Shown: positions 17,765 through 26,528 of the stretch, piece after piece
How the letters are laid out: each line of letters begins with the position of its first letter
Position numbering within the stretch: position 1 is the stretch's first letter
Assembly (NCBI GenBank): GCA_020437805.1
Contig: JAGQVV010000130.1
Span: 1 to 54,415 of the forward strand
Direction: 5' to 3'
DNA: 54,415 nt
From: Flavobacteriales bacterium
Lineage (GTDB): Bacteria; Bacteroidota; Bacteroidia; Flavobacteriales_F; PHOS-HE28
Notes under the pieces: model-generated
What the model saw: only the letters and a program-made list of their open reading frames with translations
Told to the model about the DNA's origin: nothing
The model's database searches: none
Position numbers and translations under genes: made by a program

Positions 17765-19036
17765 ATGAGCGATCCGAAGAACTCCCTCGACCATGCGCGC
17801 TCCCTGGATGCTGCGGATCCCCTGCACGGCTTCCGGGAACGCTTCCATATTCCACAGCACGATGGCAAGGATGCGGTCTATTTCACCGGTAACTCGCTCG
17901 GGTTGCAACCCAAAGGTGTCGCAACCATTCTGCAGCAGGAAATGGATGACTGGGCCCACTACGGTGTGGAAGGGCACTTCCGGGCGAAGAACCCGTGGGT
18001 GAGCTACCATGAGATCTTCAGCAAGAGCCTTTCGAGGATCGTTGGAGCGAAGCCATCAGAAGTGGTGGCCATGGGTGGGCTCACGTCGAACCTTCACTTG
18101 CTCATGGTGTCGTTCTATCGCCCGCATGGAAAGCGCGTGAAGATCCTGTGCGAAGCACGTCCCTTCCCCAGCGATACGTATGCCATGTCTTCCCAGATCG
18201 CTTTTCACGGGTACGATCCAGCGGAACACTTGGTGGAGCTTGCGCCACGTGAAGGTGAGCACACACTGCGCAATGAGGACATTCTCGCGAAGATCGAGGA
18301 GCTTGGCGATGAGTTGGCATTGGTGCTTTTCGGTGGAGTGAACTTCTACACGGGCCAAGCCTTTGATATGCCTGCGATCACATTCGCTGGGCAAGCCGTC
18401 GGCGCGGTGGTCGGCTTCGATCTGGCGCACGCTGCAGGCAATCTGCGCTTGGACCTGCATGCTTGGAACGTGGACTTCGCTTGTTGGTGCAGTTACAAAT
18501 ACATGAACTCAGGCCCGGGTGGCGTGGCCGGGATCTTCGTCCACGAACGGCACCATGCAAAGGGCCTTCCGATGTTCGCCGGGTGGTGGGGGCATGACAA
18601 GGAGGATCGTTTCAAAATGGAGCGCACCTTCAAACCGATGCCTACGGCGGAAGCATGGCAGCTGAGCAATGCGCCGGTCTTCGCCATGGCCCCGCACCGC
18701 GCCGCACTGGACCTGTTCGATGAAGCGGGCATGGAAGCACTCGTGAAGAAGAGTGCGCAACTCACTGGCTACCTGGAATACGTCATTGACGATCTCTCCG
18801 CAACAACAGGAACACGACTCGAGATCATCACCCCACGGGATCCTGCACAGCGCGGATGCCAGTTGAGCGTGGTCCTGCACGGCAAAGGCCGACAGCTTTT
18901 TGATGCACTCTCCGCCCGTGGAGTAGTGGCGGACTGGCGCGAACCGAACGTGATCCGCATGGCGCCTGTTCCCTTGTACAACAGTTTCGAGGACGTGTAT
19001 CGATTCGGTACGATCCTGAAAGAAGTGATCCAATGA
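17765..19036 (+). CDS. kynU: Kynureninase
   Basis: From ATG 17765 (MSDPKNSLDHARSLDAADPLHGFRERFHIP...). PLP-lysine context CWCSYKYMNSGPGGVAG. Confidence 0.9.
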   Translation: MSDPKNSLDHARSLDAADPLHGFRERFHIPQHDGKDAVYFTGNSLGLQPKGVATILQQEMDDWAHYGVEGHFRAKNPWVSYHEIFSKSLSRIVGAKPSEVVAMGGLTSNLHLLMVSFYRPHGKRVKILCEARPFPSDTYAMSSQIAFHGYDPAEHLVELAPREGEHTLRNEDILAKIEELGDELALVLFGGVNFYTGQAFDMPAITFAGQAVGAVVGFDLAHAAGNLRLDLHAWNVDFACWCSYKYMNSGPGGVAGIFVHERHHAKGLPMFAGWWGHDKEDRFKMERTFKPMPTAEAWQLSNAPVFAMAPHRAALDLFDEAGMEALVKKSAQLTGYLEYVIDDLSATTGTRLEIITPRDPAQRGCQLSVVLHGKGRQLFDALSARGVVADWREPNVIRMAPVPLYNSFEDVYRFGTILKEVIQ

Positions 19037-20370
19037 AGAACATCACGATCGTTGGTGGAGGCTTGGTCGGAGGCCTGCTCGCCGTGTTCATGGCCAAGCG
19101 CGGCCACAAGGTGGACCTGTACGAACGCCGTGCGGATCCGCGCAAGAACGACGTCTATGGCGGGCGCTCCATCAACCTCGTGGTGAGCCATCGTGGTTGG
19201 ACCGCGTTGAAGGCCGCAGGCGTGGATAAGGCCGTTGAGGAGATCACAGTTCCGGTATTCGCGCGGATGATGCACGATCCGAAAGGGCAGTTGAACCGTG
19301 TGCCGTACAGCATTGACAACAAGGCGATCCATTCAGTGAGCCGCGGCGAATTGAACTGCCGCCTGCTTACGGAGGCGAAGAAACTACCCAACGTCACCAT
19401 GCACTTCGATCACAGGTGCGTGGATGTGAACCTGGACACCGCGACATGCACCTTCCATGATGAGGTCGAAGGAGACAACATCGCCGTACCCGCGGACCTT
19501 GTTCTCGGCACGGATGGTGCCTTTAGCGCGGTGAGGCAGGAGATGATGAAGGGGCGTTTCAATTTCAGTCAGGAGTATATCGAGCATGACTACAAGGAGA
19601 TAGCGTTCCCTCCGAATGCCGACGGCACGCCGCGCATGGACCCGCAGTGCTTGCACATCTGGCCCCGCCGCTACTTCATGATGATGGGATTGGCGAACCT
19701 CGATGGGGGCTTTACCGGCACCTTGTTCATGCCGAACAGCGGCGAATTCTCCTTCGGTCGCATCAAGGATGAAAAGGACCTGATGCGCTTCTTCGAGGAG
19801 CATTTCGCCGATGCGATCCCGATGCTCCCGGACCTGAAGGAACAGTACTTCAGGAACCACCAGAGCAGTCTGGTGATCGTGCGCTGCAGCCCTTGGGTGC
19901 ACAAGGACAAGGTGGCTTTGGTGGGCGATTCCGCGCATGCCATCGTGCCCTTCTACGGCGAAGGGATGAACGCTGGCTTCGAGGACTGCAAGGTGCTGAA
20001 CGACCTGCTGAACGAGCTTGGTGACGACAACTGGGGCACCGTGCTCGATGCTTACAACAAGGCCCGCAAGCCCAACGGGAATGCCATTGCTGACCTGAGC
20101 CTGCGCAACTTCGTGGAGATGCGGGACCTGGTCGCTGATCCGCGTTTCATCCTGCGCAAGAAGATCGAAGGCCGGATCCAGCAACGCCATCCTGATAAAT
20201 GGTTGCCGCTATACAGCCAAGTGAAGTTCAGCGACATCCCCTACGTGGATGCCTGGAACGAGGGCCTGCGCCACGACCGGATCATGGAGGAGGTGTTGGC
20301 GATGCCGGGGATCGAGGAGCTTTGGGAAAGTGATGAGGTGGAGCGGAAGGTGTTGGATTTGTTGGGGTGA
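19033..20370 (+). CDS. kmo: Kynurenine 3-monooxygenase (FAD-dependent)
   Basis: 445 aa with the dinucleotide fold MKNITIVGGGLVGGLLAVFMAKRGHKVDLYERR. The ATGA overlap with kynU indicates translational coupling. Confidence 0.85.
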   Translation: MKNITIVGGGLVGGLLAVFMAKRGHKVDLYERRADPRKNDVYGGRSINLVVSHRGWTALKAAGVDKAVEEITVPVFARMMHDPKGQLNRVPYSIDNKAIHSVSRGELNCRLLTEAKKLPNVTMHFDHRCVDVNLDTATCTFHDEVEGDNIAVPADLVLGTDGAFSAVRQEMMKGRFNFSQEYIEHDYKEIAFPPNADGTPRMDPQCLHIWPRRYFMMMGLANLDGGFTGTLFMPNSGEFSFGRIKDEKDLMRFFEEHFADAIPMLPDLKEQYFRNHQSSLVIVRCSPWVHKDKVALVGDSAHAIVPFYGEGMNAGFEDCKVLNDLLNELGDDNWGTVLDAYNKARKPNGNAIADLSLRNFVEMRDLVADPRFILRKKIEGRIQQRHPDKWLPLYSQVKFSDIPYVDAWNEGLRHDRIMEEVLAMPGIEELWESDEVERKVLDLLG

Positions 20371-20407
20371 CCAACTGATTTGCTATCCTTCGTGCATACC
20401 TTCGTTC

Positions 20408-21274
20408 ATGCGGGTTCCCTTCCTTGTCCCGATCCTCTTCGCTGGGCTTTCATCCTACGCGCAGTTCAATTTCCCTTTCCCTACCCAGAACGCGGTCTGG
20501 ACCCAGTGGGTCGATCATTGGTCAACTGGCGATTGGCCACCGACCTACTATGGGCGAGACTACTACTCGTACTACATGGTTGGGACCGATACCCTGATCA
20601 ACGGGTCGGGCTATGCACAGGTATTCGACTACATCGGGAATTACACTGCGGCGATCCGTGACGAAGAAGGTAGGGTGCTTGTGGTCCCGCACGGTCTCTC
20701 CGAAGAGTTTCTTCTCTACGACTTCACCATCCCAGCGGGCGTGGATACCACCCTGAGTGTTTGGTTGCTATGGAACATGGAGCAGGTGGAGGTGCAAATG
20801 CGGGGTGAAGGCCCGATCGGAGAGGATGGACGGATCGTGATCCAGGGTGAGGGCTATCAATGGATCGAGGGCATCGGTTGTACGGCCGGGCTGTTCATGG
20901 AGCCATGGATCAATGTTTCGGGATACGGGTTGGGCTTGCATTGCATGAGCGTCGAGAATGTCAAATACTACCCGACCACAAGTGCGGGCTCGTGTGAGAT
21001 CACGAATGCAGTATCGGATAGGTCCTCCCACCAGTTGCGTGTGTTCCCGAACCCTGCGAGGGATCTCATGGTGATCCAGTATGATGGCAATTGGAGTGGA
21101 ACCGCCCGTATCTCCATGTTCGATATGCTGGGCGAGGAAGTGCACGCCGAGGTCGTTGGCCATGGGATCAATGGATGGCAGTTGGACATGCGAACACTGA
21201 CCTCAGGAGTGTATACGATCCGTTTCGAGGTCGGCCAAGAAATACTGAGCCACCGAGTGATGGTGCATCGCTGA
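20408..21274 (+). CDS. Small secreted T9SS cargo protein, function unknown
   Basis: From ATG 20408 (MRVPFLVPILFAGLSSYAQ signal peptide). CTD: LRVFPNPARDLMVIQYD...GVYTIRFEVGQEILSHRVMVHR. Confidence 0.75.
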   Translation: MRVPFLVPILFAGLSSYAQFNFPFPTQNAVWTQWVDHWSTGDWPPTYYGRDYYSYYMVGTDTLINGSGYAQVFDYIGNYTAAIRDEEGRVLVVPHGLSEEFLLYDFTIPAGVDTTLSVWLLWNMEQVEVQMRGEGPIGEDGRIVIQGEGYQWIEGIGCTAGLFMEPWINVSGYGLGLHCMSVENVKYYPTTSAGSCEITNAVSDRSSHQLRVFPNPARDLMVIQYDGNWSGTARISMFDMLGEEVHAEVVGHGINGWQLDMRTLTSGVYTIRFEVGQEILSHRVMVHR

Positions 21275-21351
21275 TCCACAGCGCGCCGTTCACACTTTCT
21301 GAGGAACGAGTGCGAACCGGTAGTGGTACCGACCCGACATTCGGTCCGGTG

Positions 21352-22188
21352 ATGCGTGCGCTGCTGCTATTGATACTGGTCTCCACTAGCCTACCGGGCT
21401 GGTCGCAACGATTGATGCAACGGAAGCGCCCGGACATCATACCGCTGGAAGGGCAGGCGAGAAGAGGTGGTTTCTATGTATCACCCGGAGCGACCTTCAC
21501 GTTGCCGCGTGGGAAGAACTCGGAAGAAGAGGTCCTTCGGAACGAGGACACGGTCTACACATCGACCTACGACCCCGATGGCCGTCTTGGCATCCATCTG
21601 GAAGCGGGATACTACTATACCACCCGTGATCCCGTGATCCTGGACTATTGGGATGTCGGCTTGGCCTATAAGAACCTACGTGGGTCCGAAGCCTATGAAA
21701 GTGTGCTGGTGCGCGGTGATTCCACCGGTTCGTACGCCGGTGAGGGCACCTTCGCGGAGCGATTCGTCACGTTGCAGGTGAACGCGAACAAATTCATCCA
21801 AACACGCGATTATCAATTCGTGCAGTTGAGCCTCGGTGCAAATGCGGACTATCGTATCAGCAATGATATCGCACAAGGTGGACAGCCGATCGTGATCCAA
21901 CAGGACTTCCCCCCGGACCTGATCGGACAACTGCACTTCAAAGTGGGATATGGCTTCAAGCTCACAGGGAACCTGCTGCTCATCCCTGCGATGGAGACAC
22001 CGATCTTCAGCATCGTGCCCGAGGATCAAGGCTTGGGTCAACTGCAATGGTTCAGCAGTCGCTACAGGCCGCTGATCCTCAGTGTTCGCTTCATGTTCCT
22101 ACGGGCCCGGAAAGGATTCAAGTGTCCGCCCCCGATCAAGCACAACGGGCTGGAGAAGCAGTACAAGCAGGACGGCTACCACAACTGA
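21352..22188 (+). CDS. Putative outer-membrane beta-barrel protein, function unknown
   Basis: From ATG 21352 (MRALLLLILVSTSLPGWSQ). It shows alternating-hydrophobic strand patterns and a beta-signal-like LILSVRFMF, followed by a ~30-aa basic tail. Confidence 0.5.
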   Translation: MRALLLLILVSTSLPGWSQRLMQRKRPDIIPLEGQARRGGFYVSPGATFTLPRGKNSEEEVLRNEDTVYTSTYDPDGRLGIHLEAGYYYTTRDPVILDYWDVGLAYKNLRGSEAYESVLVRGDSTGSYAGEGTFAERFVTLQVNANKFIQTRDYQFVQLSLGANADYRISNDIAQGGQPIVIQQDFPPDLIGQLHFKVGYGFKLTGNLLLIPAMETPIFSIVPEDQGLGQLQWFSSRYRPLILSVRFMFLRARKGFKCPPPIKHNGLEKQYKQDGYHN

Positions 22189-22190
22189 GC

Positions 22191-22826
22191 CTATCGTAGG
22201 AAGGGATTGCTCTTTCGCTCTTGGCCGATGGTCGTATCAGGGCCGTGGCCGCAATACACCTTCACCGCGTCGCCGAGGGGAAGCAATTGCTCGTGGATGC
22301 TCCTCAGCAGTGTGTCGGTGTCACCCCCTGGCAGGTCCGTTCGCCCGATGCTGTTCATGAACAGCACGTCGCCACAGATCACGAAGTCCTGCGCCTTGCA
22401 GTACAACGCGATGTGCCCGGGGGCATGGCCTGGGACGAAGAGCACCTTCATCTCGTCGTTGCCCAAGCGGATGGTATCCCCTTCCTTGATGAACGACATC
22501 GGGTCCGGGGCGACGTCATAGGGTATCCCGTACATGCTCGATGTGCGCTCTCCGCTCTTGAGCGTTGGGATGTCGTCCTTGTGCAATTCGGGTAGCAGGC
22601 CATACTGCTTGTGCGTCCAAGCACAACCCAGAATATGGTCGATGTGCGCGTGGGTCAACACAAGACGGACGGGCTCCAATGCGTTCTCGTTCAAGTAGGT
22701 TTCCAACTCGTTCTCCTCAGCAGCGTTCCAGCAGCCGGGATCGATGAGGATGGCCTCTTTGCCGTTGTGCACTACGAAGGTGTTCTCTTGAAATGGGTTG
22801 AACGTGAACTTTGCGATCCTGAGCAT
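22191..22826 (-). CDS. MBL-fold metallo-hydrolase (glyoxalase II/YcbL-like)
   Basis: Trimmed to ATG 22824-22826 (MLRIAKFTFNPFQENTFVV...). Contains THAHIDHILG (HxHxDH) and GHAPGH. Confidence 0.8.
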   Translation of the reverse strand: MLRIAKFTFNPFQENTFVVHNGKEAILIDPGCWNAAEENELETYLNENALEPVRLVLTHAHIDHILGCAWTHKQYGLLPELHKDDIPTLKSGERTSSMYGIPYDVAPDPMSFIKEGDTIRLGNDEMKVLFVPGHAPGHIALYCKAQDFVICGDVLFMNSIGRTDLPGGDTDTLLRSIHEQLLPLGDAVKVYCGHGPDTTIGQERKSNPFLR

Positions 22827-22923
22827 GGCGGGAAAAGCCCGAAATTCGCACCTGTGTGGTCGCTTTCGGGCCACCCAAAGTAGCTATCTTCATCGAGTGC
22901 CCTTGCTCCCTCTGCTCCGTCCG

Positions 22924-25900
22924 ATGCGTTCCATCGCTGCCCTGATAGGTTGTCTTGTGGCCCTTTCGGCGAATGCGCAGTTCTACTCGGGGTCGCAGCA
23001 GGAATACGGGAAGAATCGGGTACAGTACCAGGAATTCCTATGGCAGCAGTATCGGTTCCAGGACATGGAGGTCTTCTTCTACAAGGAAGGACGCGATCTG
23101 GCGCGGTATACCGCACAAGCCGCCGCGCTGCACTTGAAGGACCTAGAAAAGCAGTTCGATTTCGCCTTGGATGAGCGTCTCCAATTCATCGTTTACAATT
23201 CGCTCACCGACTTTCGGCAAAGCAATATCGGAATTGACGGCGGCGAAGGAGGGAGCAACATCGGTGGTCTTACCCGCATCGTGGGCACCAAGATATTCGT
23301 GTACTACGAGGGTGACCACACGTTGCTCGACCGACAGATCCGTTCAGGTATCGCGCATGTGATCATCGACCAGATGATGTTCGGGGGCAACTGGCGGGAT
23401 ATGCTCAAAAGCTCCACCTTCATGAGCTTGCCGGGCTGGTACACCGATGGGATCATGTCCTACCACTCCCAGCCATGGGATGCTGAGCTCAATAACCGTA
23501 TCCGTGATGGTGTGCTGAGCGGTAGGTACGACAAGTTCAATCGCCTGGAAGGGGAAGAGGCCAAGTACGCCGGCCACATGATCTGGAAGTACGTCGCGGA
23601 TGTTTACGGCCCCGGGGTGATCCCGAACATCCTGTACATGACCCGTGTTAGCCGGAACCCCGAAAGCGGATTCCTCTTCGTGTTGGGTGTTTCGTTGAAG
23701 ACCCTTAGCCAAGAGTGCCTGTCCTATTACAAGGGACGCTTCGCGGAAGAGGATCGGCAACGCAAGGAGATCGCGATGGAACCCCTGCCCATCAAGACCA
23801 AACGCACGCGGACGTACAGTGAATTCAAACAGAGCCCGAACGGGCGTTACCTGGCATGGGTGAGCAATGAGCTGGGGCAGTACAAGATCTGGATCTACGA
23901 ACCCGCAACGAAGAAGCTCCGACGTATCGTGAAAGGGGAGAAGAAGCTGGATCGGATCGTGGATCGCAGTTATCCCATCATCGCATGGCACCCGTCCAGC
24001 CAAGCCTTGACATACGCCCTCGAGCGAAAAGGGGAGTTGTTCCTGCGGACCTACACCTTGGATGACAGGAAGACCACGGAGAAACCGGTCTTCATGCTCG
24101 ACAAGATCCTGAGCATGGACTATAGTGATGACGGTAGGAACATGGTGTTCAGCGCTGTGCGGGAAGGGCGGACCGATCTGTACTACTACCACGTTATCGG
24201 GAACCGCCAAGAGCAGCTCACCGATGATCAGTACGATGATCTGGACCCGAGTTTCGTTGACGATGACAGCCGTATCATCTTCAGCAGCGACAGACAAAGC
24301 GATACGCTTCGTGGAAACGCCGATGTGGCGCTGGTGAACGGGAGCAAGGACATCTTCCTGTTCGATGTTGCTTCCCGGTCCCCGGTGCTCACACGGCTTA
24401 CGAACACGCCCGGGGTCAACGAGGTGGAGCCCGCCGGTTTCGATAGCGTGAACTATGTGTTCCTCAGCGATGTCGACGGCATCCGTAACCGTTTCCTGGT
24501 GCGGTATGACAGCGCCGTGAGCCACATCGACACAACGGTACATTACCGCTATTTCACGGTGGAGGAACGTCGGACCGACCTGAAGCGATCCATACTTGAA
24601 CAGGACGTGTACCCGAAGTACGGCAGGTTCACCCAACTCCAGTACAAGGATGGCCGCTATCAATTCTTTTCCGGCAGGACGCATGACCCACGCACGACCG
24701 GGGCCACCTCGCTGTCCGGTGAGGAACCCGGTCAGCGGGATGCGGAGAATCCGTCCTCCATGTCCAACGATATGAGCCCGGTGGTAAAGGTGCCTCCACA
24801 ATTCCCGCGACCCACGGGGAAGGATGCGGTCGATATCAGGAACTATCTGTTCCTGGATGAAATGGCCGGGGCCCCTGAACCCGCTCGAAGGACGCGACCG
24901 GACGTGGCCGGTGTTCCACAGAAGGCGGCTGCCAACGATACAACGGTCGTTGCGCCGTTCACCTATCCGGACCAGCGCAATTACAACTTGAATTTCGCGA
25001 TAGACGGTGTCGTGACCCAGATCGACAACAGTTACAGCAACCAGTTCTACCAGCCATTCACCGGGCCGGGGTCGCTCAATCCCGGTATCAGTGCGTTGAC
25101 GCGGATGGGGATCATGGACCTCTTCGAGGATCATCGGATCGTAGGAGGATTCCGCTTGGCCTTGAACCTCAACAACAACGATTACCTGCTCGCATACGAG
25201 AACCTCAAGCATCGCTTGGACAAACGGATATCGTTCCAGCGCCAAGCCTATCAAGGCTTCAACAACTTCGGTGTGGTGAAGGTCGTGACGCACAACGTCC
25301 GCTATCAGGTCAGTTATCCGTTCAATGAGCTCACGAGCTTGCGTGCGTCGGTCATGTACCGGAACGACCGGTATGTGCTGCAGAGCATCGACCCGCTCAG
25401 TCTGCGTGCCCCGAACGAGTACGACCATATGGGTGGGGCGAAGCTGGAGTACGTATACGATAGCTCCATGCCTCGTGGGTTGAACCTATGGACCGGTTGG
25501 AAGTTGAAGCTTTTCGCGGAGTATTACCAGCAGCCGGAGGATAGGAGCGATATGCAGGTCGTGGGACTGGACCTTCGTCATTCGATGCGGGTCTATCGCG
25601 ACATCATGTGGGTGGCACGGATGGCGGGCAGCAGCTCGCTGGGCAGCCGGAAGATCGCGTATTTCCTGGGAGGCGTGGACAATTGGCTTTCCGCCAAGGT
25701 GGACAACAGCATTCCGATCGACTTTTCGCAGAACTATTTCTACCAATCCATGGCGGTTCCGATGCGCGGATTCTATTACAACGCAAGGAACGGGACCAGT
25801 TTCGGGGTCCTGAACACCGAGTTGCGGATCCCGGTCATCAAGACCTTGGTGAACCGACCCATCCGTTCGGATTTCCTGCACAACTTCCAGGTGATCGGCT

Positions 25901-26154
25901 TCGCCGATATCGGTACCGCTTGGACGGGGACCGATCCCTATTCGGAGGACAACTCCTTCAACCAAGTGGTGATCCAACGGAATCCTTTGACGATCACGCT
26001 CGTGAACAAGCGTGAGCCGATCCTCGCCTCATATGGATTCGGGCTGCGCACCCGCCTTCTCGGGTATTTCGTTCGTGCCGATTGGGCTTGGGGTGTGGAT
26101 GATGGCGTGGTGCTTCCGAGCGTCTTCCACTTCTCCTTGAGCTTGGACATCTAA
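22924..26154 (+). CDS. Large outer-membrane protein: degenerate MA-peptidase-like domain + PD40/TolB-type beta-propeller + Omp85/D15-like C-terminal barrel
   Basis: From ATG 22924 (MRSIAALIGCLVALSANAQ). PD40-like repeats include SPNGRYLAWVSNELGQYKIWIY and DDGRNMVFSAVREGRTDLYYY. The C-terminal barrel signature is NTELRIPV...FADIGTAW...GFGLRTRLLGYFVRADWAWG. Confidence 0.6.
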   Translation: MRSIAALIGCLVALSANAQFYSGSQQEYGKNRVQYQEFLWQQYRFQDMEVFFYKEGRDLARYTAQAAALHLKDLEKQFDFALDERLQFIVYNSLTDFRQSNIGIDGGEGGSNIGGLTRIVGTKIFVYYEGDHTLLDRQIRSGIAHVIIDQMMFGGNWRDMLKSSTFMSLPGWYTDGIMSYHSQPWDAELNNRIRDGVLSGRYDKFNRLEGEEAKYAGHMIWKYVADVYGPGVIPNILYMTRVSRNPESGFLFVLGVSLKTLSQECLSYYKGRFAEEDRQRKEIAMEPLPIKTKRTRTYSEFKQSPNGRYLAWVSNELGQYKIWIYEPATKKLRRIVKGEKKLDRIVDRSYPIIAWHPSSQALTYALERKGELFLRTYTLDDRKTTEKPVFMLDKILSMDYSDDGRNMVFSAVREGRTDLYYYHVIGNRQEQLTDDQYDDLDPSFVDDDSRIIFSSDRQSDTLRGNADVALVNGSKDIFLFDVASRSPVLTRLTNTPGVNEVEPAGFDSVNYVFLSDVDGIRNRFLVRYDSAVSHIDTTVHYRYFTVEERRTDLKRSILEQDVYPKYGRFTQLQYKDGRYQFFSGRTHDPRTTGATSLSGEEPGQRDAENPSSMSNDMSPVVKVPPQFPRPTGKDAVDIRNYLFLDEMAGAPEPARRTRPDVAGVPQKAAANDTTVVAPFTYPDQRNYNLNFAIDGVVTQIDNSYSNQFYQPFTGPGSLNPGISALTRMGIMDLFEDHRIVGGFRLALNLNNNDYLLAYENLKHRLDKRISFQRQAYQGFNNFGVVKVVTHNVRYQVSYPFNELTSLRASVMYRNDRYVLQSIDPLSLRAPNEYDHMGGAKLEYVYDSSMPRGLNLWTGWKLKLFAEYYQQPEDRSDMQVVGLDLRHSMRVYRDIMWVARMAGSSSLGSRKIAYFLGGVDNWLSAKVDNSIPIDFSQNYFYQSMAVPMRGFYYNARNGTSFGVLNTELRIPVIKTLVNRPIRSDFLHNFQVIGFADIGTAWTGTDPYSEDNSFNQVVIQRNPLTITLVNKREPILASYGFGLRTRLLGYFVRADWAWGVDDGVVLPSVFHFSLSLDI

Positions 26155-26165
26155 GCATCGGAACC

Positions 26166-26528
26166 ATGCAGACATTGATCCTCTTGCTTTTGGTCGGATT
26201 GGCAGCCGGCGTGCTTAGCGGCTTCGTGGGTGTGGGCGGTGGTATAATCATGGTGCCGGCCCTGGTGCTCTTGCTCGGGTATACCCAGCATCAGGCCCAA
26301 GGGACCAGTTTGGCCGTACTGATGTTCCCCGTTGTGTTCCTTGCAGCGCGCAATTATTACCGCGCTGGTGCCATCGACCCAAAAGTGGTCCTGGTGATCG
26401 CCCTTGCCTTTGTGGTGGGAGGATATCTTGGGAGCAAATGGTCCCTGGCCCTGCCTACCCTAACGGTCCGAAAGATCTTCGGAGGGATCACCTTGCTCGT
26501 GGCCCTCAAGCTCATCTTCGGTAAATGA
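26166..26528 (+). CDS. Half-size TauE/SafE-family membrane protein (4 TM)
   Basis: 120 aa. LSGFVGVGGGIIMVPALVLL matches one TauE repeat unit. Its stop overlaps the next gene's start (ATGA). Confidence 0.7.
   Translation: MQTLILLLLVGLAAGVLSGFVGVGGGIIMVPALVLLLGYTQHQAQGTSLAVLMFPVVFLAARNYYRAGAIDPKVVLVIALAFVVGGYLGSKWSLALPTLTVRKIFGGITLLVALKLIFGK

Noticed and set aside
23344-25428. 694-aa ORF on the minus strand
   Set aside because: It lies entirely antisense to the PD40/Omp85 gene, which has clear motifs. Its composition (R/H/V/G-rich, no motifs) is typical of a high-GC shadow ORF.
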